From Seison nebaliae (Eukaryota): 36,720 bases of DNA. How positions within the stretch are numbered: position 1 is the first letter of the stretch; every line of letters starts with the position of its first letter. A program made the translations under genes and the position numbers. The DNA is taken from assembly GCA_023231475.1 (NCBI GenBank), contig JALJEE010003257.1, positions 1 through 36,720 of the forward strand. The letters run 5' to 3'. Shown here in pieces: positions 1 to 10,000 of this stretch. The notes below the pieces were generated by a model. The model saw only the letters and a program-made list of their open reading frames with translations, did not search any database and had not been told where the DNA came from.

Positions 1-2
1 GT

Positions 3-468
3 TTACAGATCTTTAAAAGTTTAGTTCTACCTCTTTACTCTCTGGAAACAATTTTTTCTTTTACCGAACGTTCTTTTTTGTCCATTGACCGCGCATATAA
101 TCGGTTGATAAGGAGACTAGTTAGCTGTTTTCGCAACAGTCGGTCTCCTTCCGCTACCTATTCTCTTCTCTCGTCGAGTCTTTACACTTATTGACAAGAT
201 CACTGAATCAAACTTCCATATTACACAAATTCCGAACATAGACATCCTAAATAATCGTTCGGTTTTTTCGCATACAGTTCGTTATTACGGGTTATCGCGT
301 GATATTTCAATTGAAGATTTAAGAGATTTTACTTTTTCCTATGAACCCGCAATTTCTATGTCAATCAATATGAATTCTCTCGCTGAATTACACCGATTAA
401 TCAATATCGGCGATGATCTAACTTTTTTTTCACTTTTTTCTAATTTATCTCGACGGGAATTTAATTAA
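3..468 (+). mobile_element. Degenerate non-LTR retrotransposon (LINE) ORF2 3' end, post-RT region, frameshifted
   Basis: Frame 3 reads LQIFKSLVLPLYSLETIFSFTERSFLSIDRAYNRLIRRLV, resembling the LINE post-RT motif 'xIYKSLVLPxLLYGxETW...LDxxxxRxLRRI'. Frame 1 from 121 continues LAVFATVGLLPLPILFSRRVFTLI ('xxLGLLPx...RRL' motif) to TAA at 466-468, followed by an AT-rich tail. The frameshift and apparent deletions indicate decay. Confidence 0.65.
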
Positions 469-1010
469 TAAATAATATTAAACGTAATGATATTAAGAAA
501 ATGATGATAAAATAGCGCCAATTTTTTCTATCATCTAAATAGTAGCAGTCTTCTCTTCTTTCGGCCAATGTATGACAAAAGTTACCTTAGGAAAATTTTA
601 CATAATTTTAGAATTTAAGTTGACACCTATCACTCTAATGATACCTTTTTCATCAAATTTGGATAAATAATAAAAAATCGACAGCAACAAATATAAAGTG
701 AATTTTTTGAAATCTAAAAAAAAAATGTGCAAATTCTATCTCAAAATTTTAAAACTAATATTTTTTTTTAAATTAAATGATATTCATTTGAAAGAGCATA
801 AAATTCTCTTTCGGACGAATTCTACAACGTTAATTTTCAATGAATAAAAACCCCTTTAAATCTCATTTTTCTGTTTATTTTTTTTTCGGGGTGAAAGTAA
901 CTTGAAAAATATACTGATGAAGAGATTAGTGACAAGAGATATCATTTGAATTATTGTGACAACGGAATAATATTTTTTTTCATTGCTAATTATTGCTCCA
1001 AAAATGGAAG

Positions 1011-2551
1011 TTAATTCTTTCGCCTTAACAGTCCAACTAGTGAAGTATAACTCTTATCGGAATTCTGAACTGGAGAATTATATGCAGCATGTAATTCATC
1101 AGAAAGGGGGGAAAGTCCACGTCTACTTCTAGGTTCTAACAAATTATGTTTCAATCCGTTTTTTCTAACTTTCCTAAAATGATTGCTCCAAACCTTGGAA
1201 TTGTCTTCTGAAAATAAATGTTGTGCTCTTTAAAAATAACAGACTAACCGTGTTTCAGAGTACTCGATTCTTTCCTTCCTTCGGTTTCTGCCGTATATAC
1301 ACGAATATATTTATTTCCATCCATTTTCCGGTACACAACCTGCGTTTGGTATGGTATTTTCTTTTTGTTCCACTTTGCGATATTGTCGGGTGAAATATTT
1401 TTGAATTCCATTTCAAATGTTTCGATAATTTCTGGCATTACGTTTCCCTGTTCGATAACTTTAATGTTTTCCTCTTCGTTTGTTGCTTCAATTACTCGGA
1501 AACCTTTAGGTATTATAAATTTTGTTTCTACATTGGTGGCGATTTGTTCAACTTTCAAAATTTCCGTAAAAATTTCGGAATCGATTTTGGGATCGAACAT
1601 TTTCACATCCCCCTCTGTCATCAATGCTACTGGTGCTACATCTTTTAAATTACAATGACAATCTTCCACCGACATCAAATCAACGATAACTCCACATTCG
1701 TTAGCCATTGTACCGACGTCTTGATAGAACTGGGTGTCGCCGTTCATTCCTAATCCTACATTAGCTTCCCCATCAGTTAGTACGACAATTCGAGATCCAC
1801 GTACACGAGACGCATATCGAACAGCGGAATAGAGCGCAGGTCCTAATGCAGTAGATGATTGGCATCGAAGTGAACGGACTTGTCGTACCATGTTATTATA
1901 TGATGTTTGTATCGGAAGAGGTTCGACGAATTTTGATGAGAAATCGGTCCAATCATTTTTATCCATATCGGTTCCAGATTTAGTTTTATGTCCGTTTTTT
2001 GAAAAATCTCCGCAACATGTTACCCAAGTGCCAAATGTCATTAACGACAGTTTATTGTTTGGAAAATTATCGTATTGATATTTGATGGCTTTTAATGTCA
2101 TCCTCTTAACAGCTTCCAGTAAACTTATATGTCTCCCTGGAACATATACTCCCATACTGCCACTAATATCTATGACGAATAGAATCATTGTTGAACGTGT
2201 CTCTTCTTTATTGGTGACTTCATCTTTTTCTTTTGGTATTATAACTTCCAAATTATATGTCATTGATGCTCCACTTCTACATATCGACATTATTTGATCT
2301 CTTGGGAATAAACTTATATCATTTACATGTCCACAATACTCACATGTCCATTCGGTTTTATCTTCAGCTACTTTTATGTTCTTCTCTGATACTCGAGATA
2401 AAATTGCTTGACATTCACATTTCACCGGATCACCCAATGACAGTTCTTTATCGATCATCAGATCATCGTAATCTACTTGTATCAATTGAAATTTGCGTTC
2501 TCCTAAATCGCTAACATCACCGAAATAAAGAAGAGGATTGGCGCTTTCCAT
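1011..2551 (-). CDS. Sec23/24-type zinc finger + VWA domain protein (circularly permuted Ras protein 1-like, no Ras domain), ~499 aa; exons 2551-1249, 1207-1011
   Basis: Zn-ligand motifs VKCECQAILS and WTCEYCGHVN; VWA MIDAS motifs FVIDISGSMG, STALGPAL, VVLTDGEANVGLG. A 41-nt intron at 1248-1208 (GTTAGT...TTTCAG) removes the stop at 1244 and extends the frame to ...SDKSYTSLVGLLRRKN* (TAA 1013-1011). Confidence 0.8.
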
Positions 2552-3249
2552 ATTCTTTAGTATTTAGTTTACAAATATTAATTAATTACGTTAAATCTGA
2601 AGAAATATATTTTTTTCTTAAAATAATTGAAACAAGATTAATCGGTATGAGAAAACATTATAAAAAAAGAATCAATTTTAATTCATATTATATTTCTTCT
2701 GTAAGAATAATAAGACTACCTAACACAAATGTTTATATATTCAAACTTTTTTATGGAAATAAAATGCACGTTATATTTGAATTTTTAAAAGACCACTCTC
2801 CATTTTTCAAAAACACACGTTAATAACAAAAATGTGTACTTTAATTTTTATAATTATTTCTCTGTATTAAAAATTATAACCTATATAAGACTGATATTCT
2901 TATTCATAAATGGGAGAGTAAATAAACAATTCTGACAAAAATATCAAACACAATCACTGAATTTCAGATAAATTTTTTCACCAAAAATAATCATATGTTT
3001 AATCTTTATTCTCTTTTTCACTCTTTCTTATCTTTTTTATTATTCACTTTATTTGGTATCTCATTGGATATATCGATATTATTGGGATGGATGATGGAAT
3101 GAACAATTAGAGAGATATTCCGAAATGTTTCAGACTTTAATTTTAATTTTATTTACGAACAAAGTTTTGTTAAAACAACAGCGGAAAATGTGATAGCAGG
3201 AATTAAAGTAGTAACAAAGAAAATAAAACGTTAGACGAATTGCATGAAA

Positions 3250-6200
3250 TTACACATGGCGATGGTCATTGTCATTGACAATATCGATGTTTGCGATGTA
3301 AGAAGTTTCTTCTTCAAAGTTTGTTAGAGACCGGAATGGGATCATTAAATTGGCGAATACGCCAATGGAAGAGTTCATCCATTCGATAACACCAATTGGT
3401 ATCTTCATTTCATTCTGTTCGCTGATACTGGTAATGGTGGTAGTGGTAGTGGTAGTTGTGGAGGTTGTAGTAGTTGGGGAATTAACATATTTAAACAGAT
3501 AAATATAGATATGATCATCGATGTGACGGCGAATGTTTGTTCGATGTTGACGGCGATAATTATTAAGAACTTGACAATAGCCTTCACTGCGGCTGATATC
3601 CATATCACTTTTTGTCACATATTTAATTCGAGGCGTTTCTTGATTGAATACTCTATCAGACAATTTTGTTAATTTCATGTTCTTATTATGATAAAGACTA
3701 AAATTGGAATAAGTTAAAGTTGTAGCATTGAAGAATGTGGAATTACTGTGAAGATTCATCATTGATTTCTTACAGTATTCGTCGTAGGATTCGGAAAATT
3801 GCGGACTTTGTTTCCTTCTCATTTTATCCATTTTTCTATTTCGGTAATAAATTGTCGTACAAAGATTGGCACGACTCTCATCTGAAGCATTTATCCAACA
3901 AGCTAACATTGTTAGATGTTGACGAAATTCGTTATTTGTTCTTATGAGATTATTATCATCGCATTGCTTCTGAAGGAATCGATCGATAATAAAGTTATTT
4001 ACATGTGAGAGAAGACTAGTTCGTTCAATAAGTTCAGTAATCGATTCATCATAATTCTCTTCAATTCCATGATAGAGTGAACAATGAAGAAAAGTGGAGA
4101 ATAATGTTGAACTGAGATCATTGAGTTGCTTCTTTAGAATTACATGTATCAAATTATCATAATATTCATTGAGAACTAAACTAATTTCATGTGTGGAATT
4201 AGCGACTCGTCTCAACTTTTTCATTCGATTCTCATACCACAAACTAAGTGCTGTACACAATGTGGTTGATGCAGTTGTTTGAGCTCGATCGACGATAGCG
4301 GTAGATAATTCATCATCCGAATCGGAACTATCATCTACTTCTTCCGTTTCTTTCGATTCTGGTAAAGTTAAACTCTCTAAAATTAACGTTTGTCGTCGAC
4401 GATAACGTTGACTAGCTTTTTGAATTTCAGCTTGTCGTCGATGTCTATCAATCGATTGTTTCTGTTGGATGAATGGATTAGAAACGAATTGATGTTGTTG
4501 AACCATCAGATATAATTCGTAAATTAATTTCTTTCGCAATGCACTCTTCCCAAGTGTTTGCATCGTTCGATTCTTCACAATTTGATCTACTGCTTTCTGC
4601 AATAACTGAGATTGGGAGACATTCTCCAAATTTTGATAATTCATTTGTCCTTTAATCTCATTTCGAAGTCGTTCGATCATCATTCTCTGTGTTGGCTCAC
4701 TGTGATAATAAGCGCAATATTGTCGTCGAATATCTTCGTACAATCTGACATGTTGCAACTGATCCAAATAAATGAAAGGTCGATACATCGGGAAATTGGA
4801 ATTATGTTTTCGAGAAATCATCGGAAGGAATGACGAACATAAATCGACATATTTCCTCGAATGAAATCTTTCTTGATCTCGATAATGCAACTCGGAATAT
4901 TTAATAATTTGTTGGTGTTGATGAATTGGCTGATTTGGATGAATTGTTTGTTCATAAGGTGATGATTTTTGTGCATTTTTAATGAAATTTGGAAAGACTT
5001 TCGATGATTCTACTTTCGATTCGGTGAATTTTGACGGGAAAACTTTATCATTCTCCTCATGGATATTCTTCTTATTCTCCTCAAAAATCTTCTCAATTTC
5101 TTCATCCTTCCTTTTCAATGAATCATGTTTCGACGACTGTATCAATGAGAGATGTTGTTGTAACATCATACTGAATAAAGTTTTCTGTTGTCGATGAAAT
5201 GTTTGTGAATGATCAATGGAAGAATTATGGATATTTGTCGAAATCAAATTATTATCTAACTTCCAAGAATCTTTTAATTGTTTTCCTTGATAAATTTGTA
5301 ATTGATAATGATTTTGACTCTTCCCAAAAATCATCTCACCATCATCACCATCATCATCATCATTTTGTGGTTCTCTAATTTGAATATTCCTAATGAGAAT
5401 CGATTGAGCCAAATCATATTGACAAATGACTCCTTTCCTCCACCACGAGTCATTTGGAGAGTCTTTCGTCAAATACTCACAATTACACGAATGTGCACGA
5501 CTAAATATGCGCAAACGAAAATTACCGGGACGTCCAACGTCATTCGACGGTATAAGAACATATCGACCAGGATTGAGTTCCATCGTATGAAATAAATATC
5601 TCAATGGCATTGGTGGACTAGAATATAAGAGAGGTCTCAATTGGTGAAGTTTCGTTTCTCGATCCTTCTCAACATGGAACATCGATAACGATATCCGTCT
5701 TTTGGTGTGAGTGGCTCCGTGAGAATTGCGAGCAACTTCTTGTTCAAATTGAAGATGAACCGGAACAGAAGTTTCTGCATAAACGTTCAACAAATATTGG
5801 GGATTCCTCAAGAAATTATGATTTCCAGCACCTAAACCAATTTCTCCCGACTTTCCCAAATGTCCGATCTTCCATGAACCATTTATGTTAATCTGATGCA
5901 TAAACTTCTGTTCATTCAATCGATGAACGACATAGATGTTCGTGAACGCTTCCAATAGAATGGAGAAGGGAACAAAAAATTCATAATTAACCATCGAATA
6001 AGTAAGAAGACCAGATTGATTCCATTGACGATAATGTTTCGAGAATTGTTGAGATGCCATTGATGCGGAAATGAAGGGTCCACAATAACTATTTTTCCTC
6101 CATGGATTGAATAATCTTACCAGTTTTAATGGTCGTTCTGATGGAATTTCAGCAAATCCGGTTATGACGAAACCATCTTCATGATTCAATCCATAATTGT

Positions 6201-7041
6201 TTAAGAAAATTTTATTGGATTGATCTGATAAAGTTCCATCGTCTGTATCTGTTTCACTCGTTCTTGATTTTGATTTATTGTGTTGTACGTTGCCCGTAGC
6301 GATGATGGATGAGGATTGATTCTCAATAATTCGAACAACGATAATCATAGCTTTCTCTTCATGTTTATTGATTAGGAGTCGATGGAATAATTCGTCTTGT
6401 AAAGATGTCGCTTTCAACAAAGTAAATAATGGAGCAATATTTTCTGTGACGTCTCCTGTCAAATCATTCAATATCTCACCTAATTCACATACACTCATAC
6501 TCTCATAATCACCATAATATAATTTGACATAGGCCTTCTCCAACAATGACATCCAGAATTCTTGGAATTCCAATCGATGGGAACATATTCCTTCAGAACC
6601 GTTTTCTGTTGGTAACAAGTCATCCACCACCACATCAACAATTTCTCCGAAATGATACATGTGGAAATGGTAGACGCCAGCATCTTCCAGATCACTTTTA
6701 TTACAACCACCTTTCAATAAACTATTTCGACCTGATGGTATGATTCGATTAAAATATTCCATATCTTGCGAGATGGCTGCACATGCGAGAATGAAGACTT
6801 TTCTTCCTAATAAACCTTCGTTCATATGCACACATTTGATATTGCTCACATCGAGAAATTTCGCTCGTCTGTTAATTTCGCTTGGACGTTTCCATCGTAA
6901 TTGCGTCTTCAATCTCGAATAACAGAGACTGCCAGTTATTGGGGGAAACTCTTTGTCAACAAACTTCGAATGAGACAAGAGACATTCGTAACGAATTTGC
7001 TCATAAATTTGCTCACGAAATAATTTCACCGTTTTCGCCAT
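3250..7041 (-). CDS. Calpain-5/6 (TRA-3)-like protein, predicted catalytically inactive, 1263 aa, intronless CDS
   Basis: CysPc motifs FVDKEFPP, WKRPSEI, VDVVVDDLLPT, EFWMSLLEKAYVKL, LVRLFNPW; domain III motifs GSW, FLRNPQY, PGRYVLIPS, FRLRIFS; CAPN5-type N-terminus (VKLFREQIYEQIR). Catalytic Cys site reads GLLGRKVF and His site reads GLNHEDGFVIT. Confidence 0.9.
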   Translation of the reverse strand: MAKTVKLFREQIYEQIRYECLLSHSKFVDKEFPPITGSLCYSRLKTQLRWKRPSEINRRAKFLDVSNIKCVHMNEGLLGRKVFILACAAISQDMEYFNRIIPSGRNSLLKGGCNKSDLEDAGVYHFHMYHFGEIVDVVVDDLLPTENGSEGICSHRLEFQEFWMSLLEKAYVKLYYGDYESMSVCELGEILNDLTGDVTENIAPLFTLLKATSLQDELFHRLLINKHEEKAMIIVVRIIENQSSSIIATGNVQHNKSKSRTSETDTDDGTLSDQSNKIFLNNYGLNHEDGFVITGFAEIPSERPLKLVRLFNPWRKNSYCGPFISASMASQQFSKHYRQWNQSGLLTYSMVNYEFFVPFSILLEAFTNIYVVHRLNEQKFMHQININGSWKIGHLGKSGEIGLGAGNHNFLRNPQYLLNVYAETSVPVHLQFEQEVARNSHGATHTKRRISLSMFHVEKDRETKLHQLRPLLYSSPPMPLRYLFHTMELNPGRYVLIPSNDVGRPGNFRLRIFSRAHSCNCEYLTKDSPNDSWWRKGVICQYDLAQSILIRNIQIREPQNDDDDGDDGEMIFGKSQNHYQLQIYQGKQLKDSWKLDNNLISTNIHNSSIDHSQTFHRQQKTLFSMMLQQHLSLIQSSKHDSLKRKDEEIEKIFEENKKNIHEENDKVFPSKFTESKVESSKVFPNFIKNAQKSSPYEQTIHPNQPIHQHQQIIKYSELHYRDQERFHSRKYVDLCSSFLPMISRKHNSNFPMYRPFIYLDQLQHVRLYEDIRRQYCAYYHSEPTQRMMIERLRNEIKGQMNYQNLENVSQSQLLQKAVDQIVKNRTMQTLGKSALRKKLIYELYLMVQQHQFVSNPFIQQKQSIDRHRRQAEIQKASQRYRRRQTLILESLTLPESKETEEVDDSSDSDDELSTAIVDRAQTTASTTLCTALSLWYENRMKKLRRVANSTHEISLVLNEYYDNLIHVILKKQLNDLSSTLFSTFLHCSLYHGIEENYDESITELIERTSLLSHVNNFIIDRFLQKQCDDNNLIRTNNEFRQHLTMLACWINASDESRANLCTTIYYRNRKMDKMRRKQSPQFSESYDEYCKKSMMNLHSNSTFFNATTLTYSNFSLYHNKNMKLTKLSDRVFNQETPRIKYVTKSDMDISRSEGYCQVLNNYRRQHRTNIRRHIDDHIYIYLFKYVNSPTTTTSTTTTTTTTITSISEQNEMKIPIGVIEWMNSSIGVFANLMIPFRSLTNFEEETSYIANIDIVNDNDHRHV

Positions 7042-10000
7042 TTGGCTTATGCGAGAAGATTTTGTTGTAGTACATTCATCTTTTTAACGATTAGTGTCTT
7101 TGACATCTGTCATCATACCATTTCCTTCTCCACATCACCTTTCTTCCTTCAAATTATCATAGAGATGTTCCTTTCTGGAAAAATCGAAATAGAATTGCAG
7201 CAACACAAGAGAATAGAAAGAATGAAGGAACGATGAGACACATGCAAATTCTTATCGACATAGAACTTTTTTTAACATATAACTTCGCTTGAAATTAAAA
7301 TTATTTAGTCAAAAAAACTTATATGACATAAGAAACTAAGGTGGAATAGGTACGTCCCTTTAATAAGACTTTATTATTTTCCAATTATTCCTGTTAATGA
7401 CATTTTGGTCGATATTTATCGATATCTTCTTTAACAAAATTCAAAGTAAGACGAGACATAATACTATTGTTTCATATTCTGTTTTTCTGTTTTTTCATCC
7501 AATCCTTCTAATTAATTAATGTTTTATTCATCTTCCATTCTACACCATTCATTCCAACTCATCGATTCATATGGCAACAATAGACGAAGAAATATCCAAG
7601 TAAGCATAAGAGAAATGTATGGAGATAAACTACTTATTCGTTAAATATTTACACTTACCAAAGGACATCTATGTGTCCCCCTCAAAATGTATACACACAA
7701 ACATTGGAATAATGACGAATCGTAATTCAAATAGACACAATAGAATATTCTGATTAGAGTTGCCGTATCAAATGGAAAAAAATGAAACGTATGGGAAACC
7801 TACAAAAACAATCCTCCCATGAAATAAACGAACAAATTATGTTATAGTTTCTTATGGTGCTGTTACATCATGAATACTGATAATTCCAATATGTAATTTG
7901 ACGTACTATCTTGAAATTAGAAGAACGAAGTGACATAACTCTCCTTTAAGATAATCTTAACGATAATTAATAAGAGAAGAAAAAGAATAACACATAAATT
8001 ATCACTTAGTTCATGTTGACTGCTCCAATATGAACTTACAACTGTTAGATGAAAATATAAAAAATCTGAAAACTCTCTGAATAAAGTTAAAAGAATTATG
8101 CGACACATATTTTTCTAATTCTTCAATTATAAAATTCCTTTATGGAACTGTTTCTCAAATATTTTTTCAAACACATTTAATTCTCATTAATTTTACTAAA
8201 ATTTTATGAGGAAAGAATTTCAATCAATTTGTCTTTCCCAAAAATCCTCATAATAAATCTTAAAACTGGTAATTAATTTTCACATTCATATTCAACACTT
8301 CAAATTATTCAGATTAAATAACGGACGATTAGGATTGATTCCGTTACTTAACATTTTCAGGTATTTGAATTTGCAAAGACATTAAACTAGAACTAAATTA
8401 AAACCAATAGAAGTTTTAAAAGTTGAAATTAACTTTGTATACGAGAATTAAATCGAATTAAATCCACAATTTTTGAATGTTTAATTCCTGAGAACGTTGA
8501 AATTGATGATTATTATTCTTAACGATAACACAAATAAAAGAAAATGAATATTTTTAAAAGATTAAATCTCCCTACTTAAATTAAGTTGGATATTTTCTAT
8601 TTTATATCTATCTTTCTTCTGGATATACGTTATACTATCGTATATTCGAAGTAAGAAATTATAAATATTTCTCTTATCGACTTCAAACAGTTGATCGTCA
8701 TATCATCGATCGCGACTCTCTCGATCAACTACGACACCTCGTCGACACCGAAGACGACAAAATTCTTTTCTCCTTTTTTTCTCATTTATCCTGACCGGAA
8801 TTTTAAGTAAATAATAATAATAAATATCTAAATAATAGTGTAATGTAATAATGTAATAGTAAAATTGATAAGTAAGTAATAAAATGAAACTAATTGAAAT
8901 GTGCTTTAACTTATCCCCATACATATGCTATCATAACAACCATCAGCTGAAAACAAATTAGTGATATTGAAAGAGACATAATGAAGGTCAACATTTTGAC
9001 TAATCAGATTAGAAAATGAATTATTACACCATGCCATCGTTTGAACTGGAATATTTGTCAGAAAATACTTTTGATTTTTATCTAAAAGAACATGGAAGTG
9101 TTTTGGTGGAAAATCCTTCAACATCGAACGCAATTATGAATATATAAATTGGGAAAAAGTTCATTTTTCAAAATCATTTTTCTTACTCTTCCATACATCA
9201 GACGATTATTGAAATGCAAATGTTCACACATGCACTAGACACTATTTCTAAATTAAACAGTGTTATGAAGCAACTCATCAAATAAGTTTCATCATTTTCC
9301 CACTGATTTATTTCTGTATCTCCATCATCAGATGTAGAATATATGCAAATAAACTGGTTTATGAGAATTCTACACATTATGATGTTACGTCCTGTTTCTG
9401 GCTAAGGAAATGTTTGTTCTTCTTCATACTTCTTCTTCTTGTTAGTAAAGAAATGAAATTCTTATGATTATCTAAAAGAATTTCAAAGAGAATATACCCC
9501 CAACAATAATTTCCTTTTTCGTAATTTCCAAATAATTTCAAATATTTTTAATTTTCAATTTATTGACAACATTAAATGAGCAAAGAAATGAATTAAATTT
9601 CACTTAAATTTAATATTGATTCAATATTATTGAAGAAAATGGGAAGTTCGAAAAACGAGTTAGATAGTTATGCGGTTCATTTTAATTCAATGTAATTACA
9701 TTGAAGAACGAATTACTTTCCACCAGAACGGAATTCTTACTTTATTCTTTACTTATACTATGAGATGTATTAAAATAAATGAGATTGATGATAGATGAAA
9801 ATTCTTTCTGTTCATAAAAAAGAAGGAAAGAAGACGAAGAATTGGGGGAGAATGAAGGAAGAAAGTGAAAAGTTTCAATCATTACTCATATTATTCAAAA
9901 TGGGATACTCAAATCTATTATTCAACACAATTCGAACGTCAGAGGCAGAATCAGTACATTGGAAAATGAATCGAATATTTACGAAAATGAATCGTGAGCT

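Noticed and set aside
444..460. Motif TTTATCTCGACGGGAAT, nearly repeated at ~31485-31501 (TTTATCTCGAAGGGAAT)
   Set aside because: One copy lies in the LINE relic ORF and the other abuts the POLR3D ATG. Two copies in unrelated contexts in AT-rich DNA are not enough to call a motif.
575..905. Possible MITE with AAGTTAC/GTAACTT ends
   Set aside because: Only ~7 bp of inverted match, no clear target-site duplication and no second copy in the window.
1365..7070. Short ORFs overlapping the VWA and calpain genes
   Set aside because: Antisense or alternative-frame shadows of long conserved CDSs.
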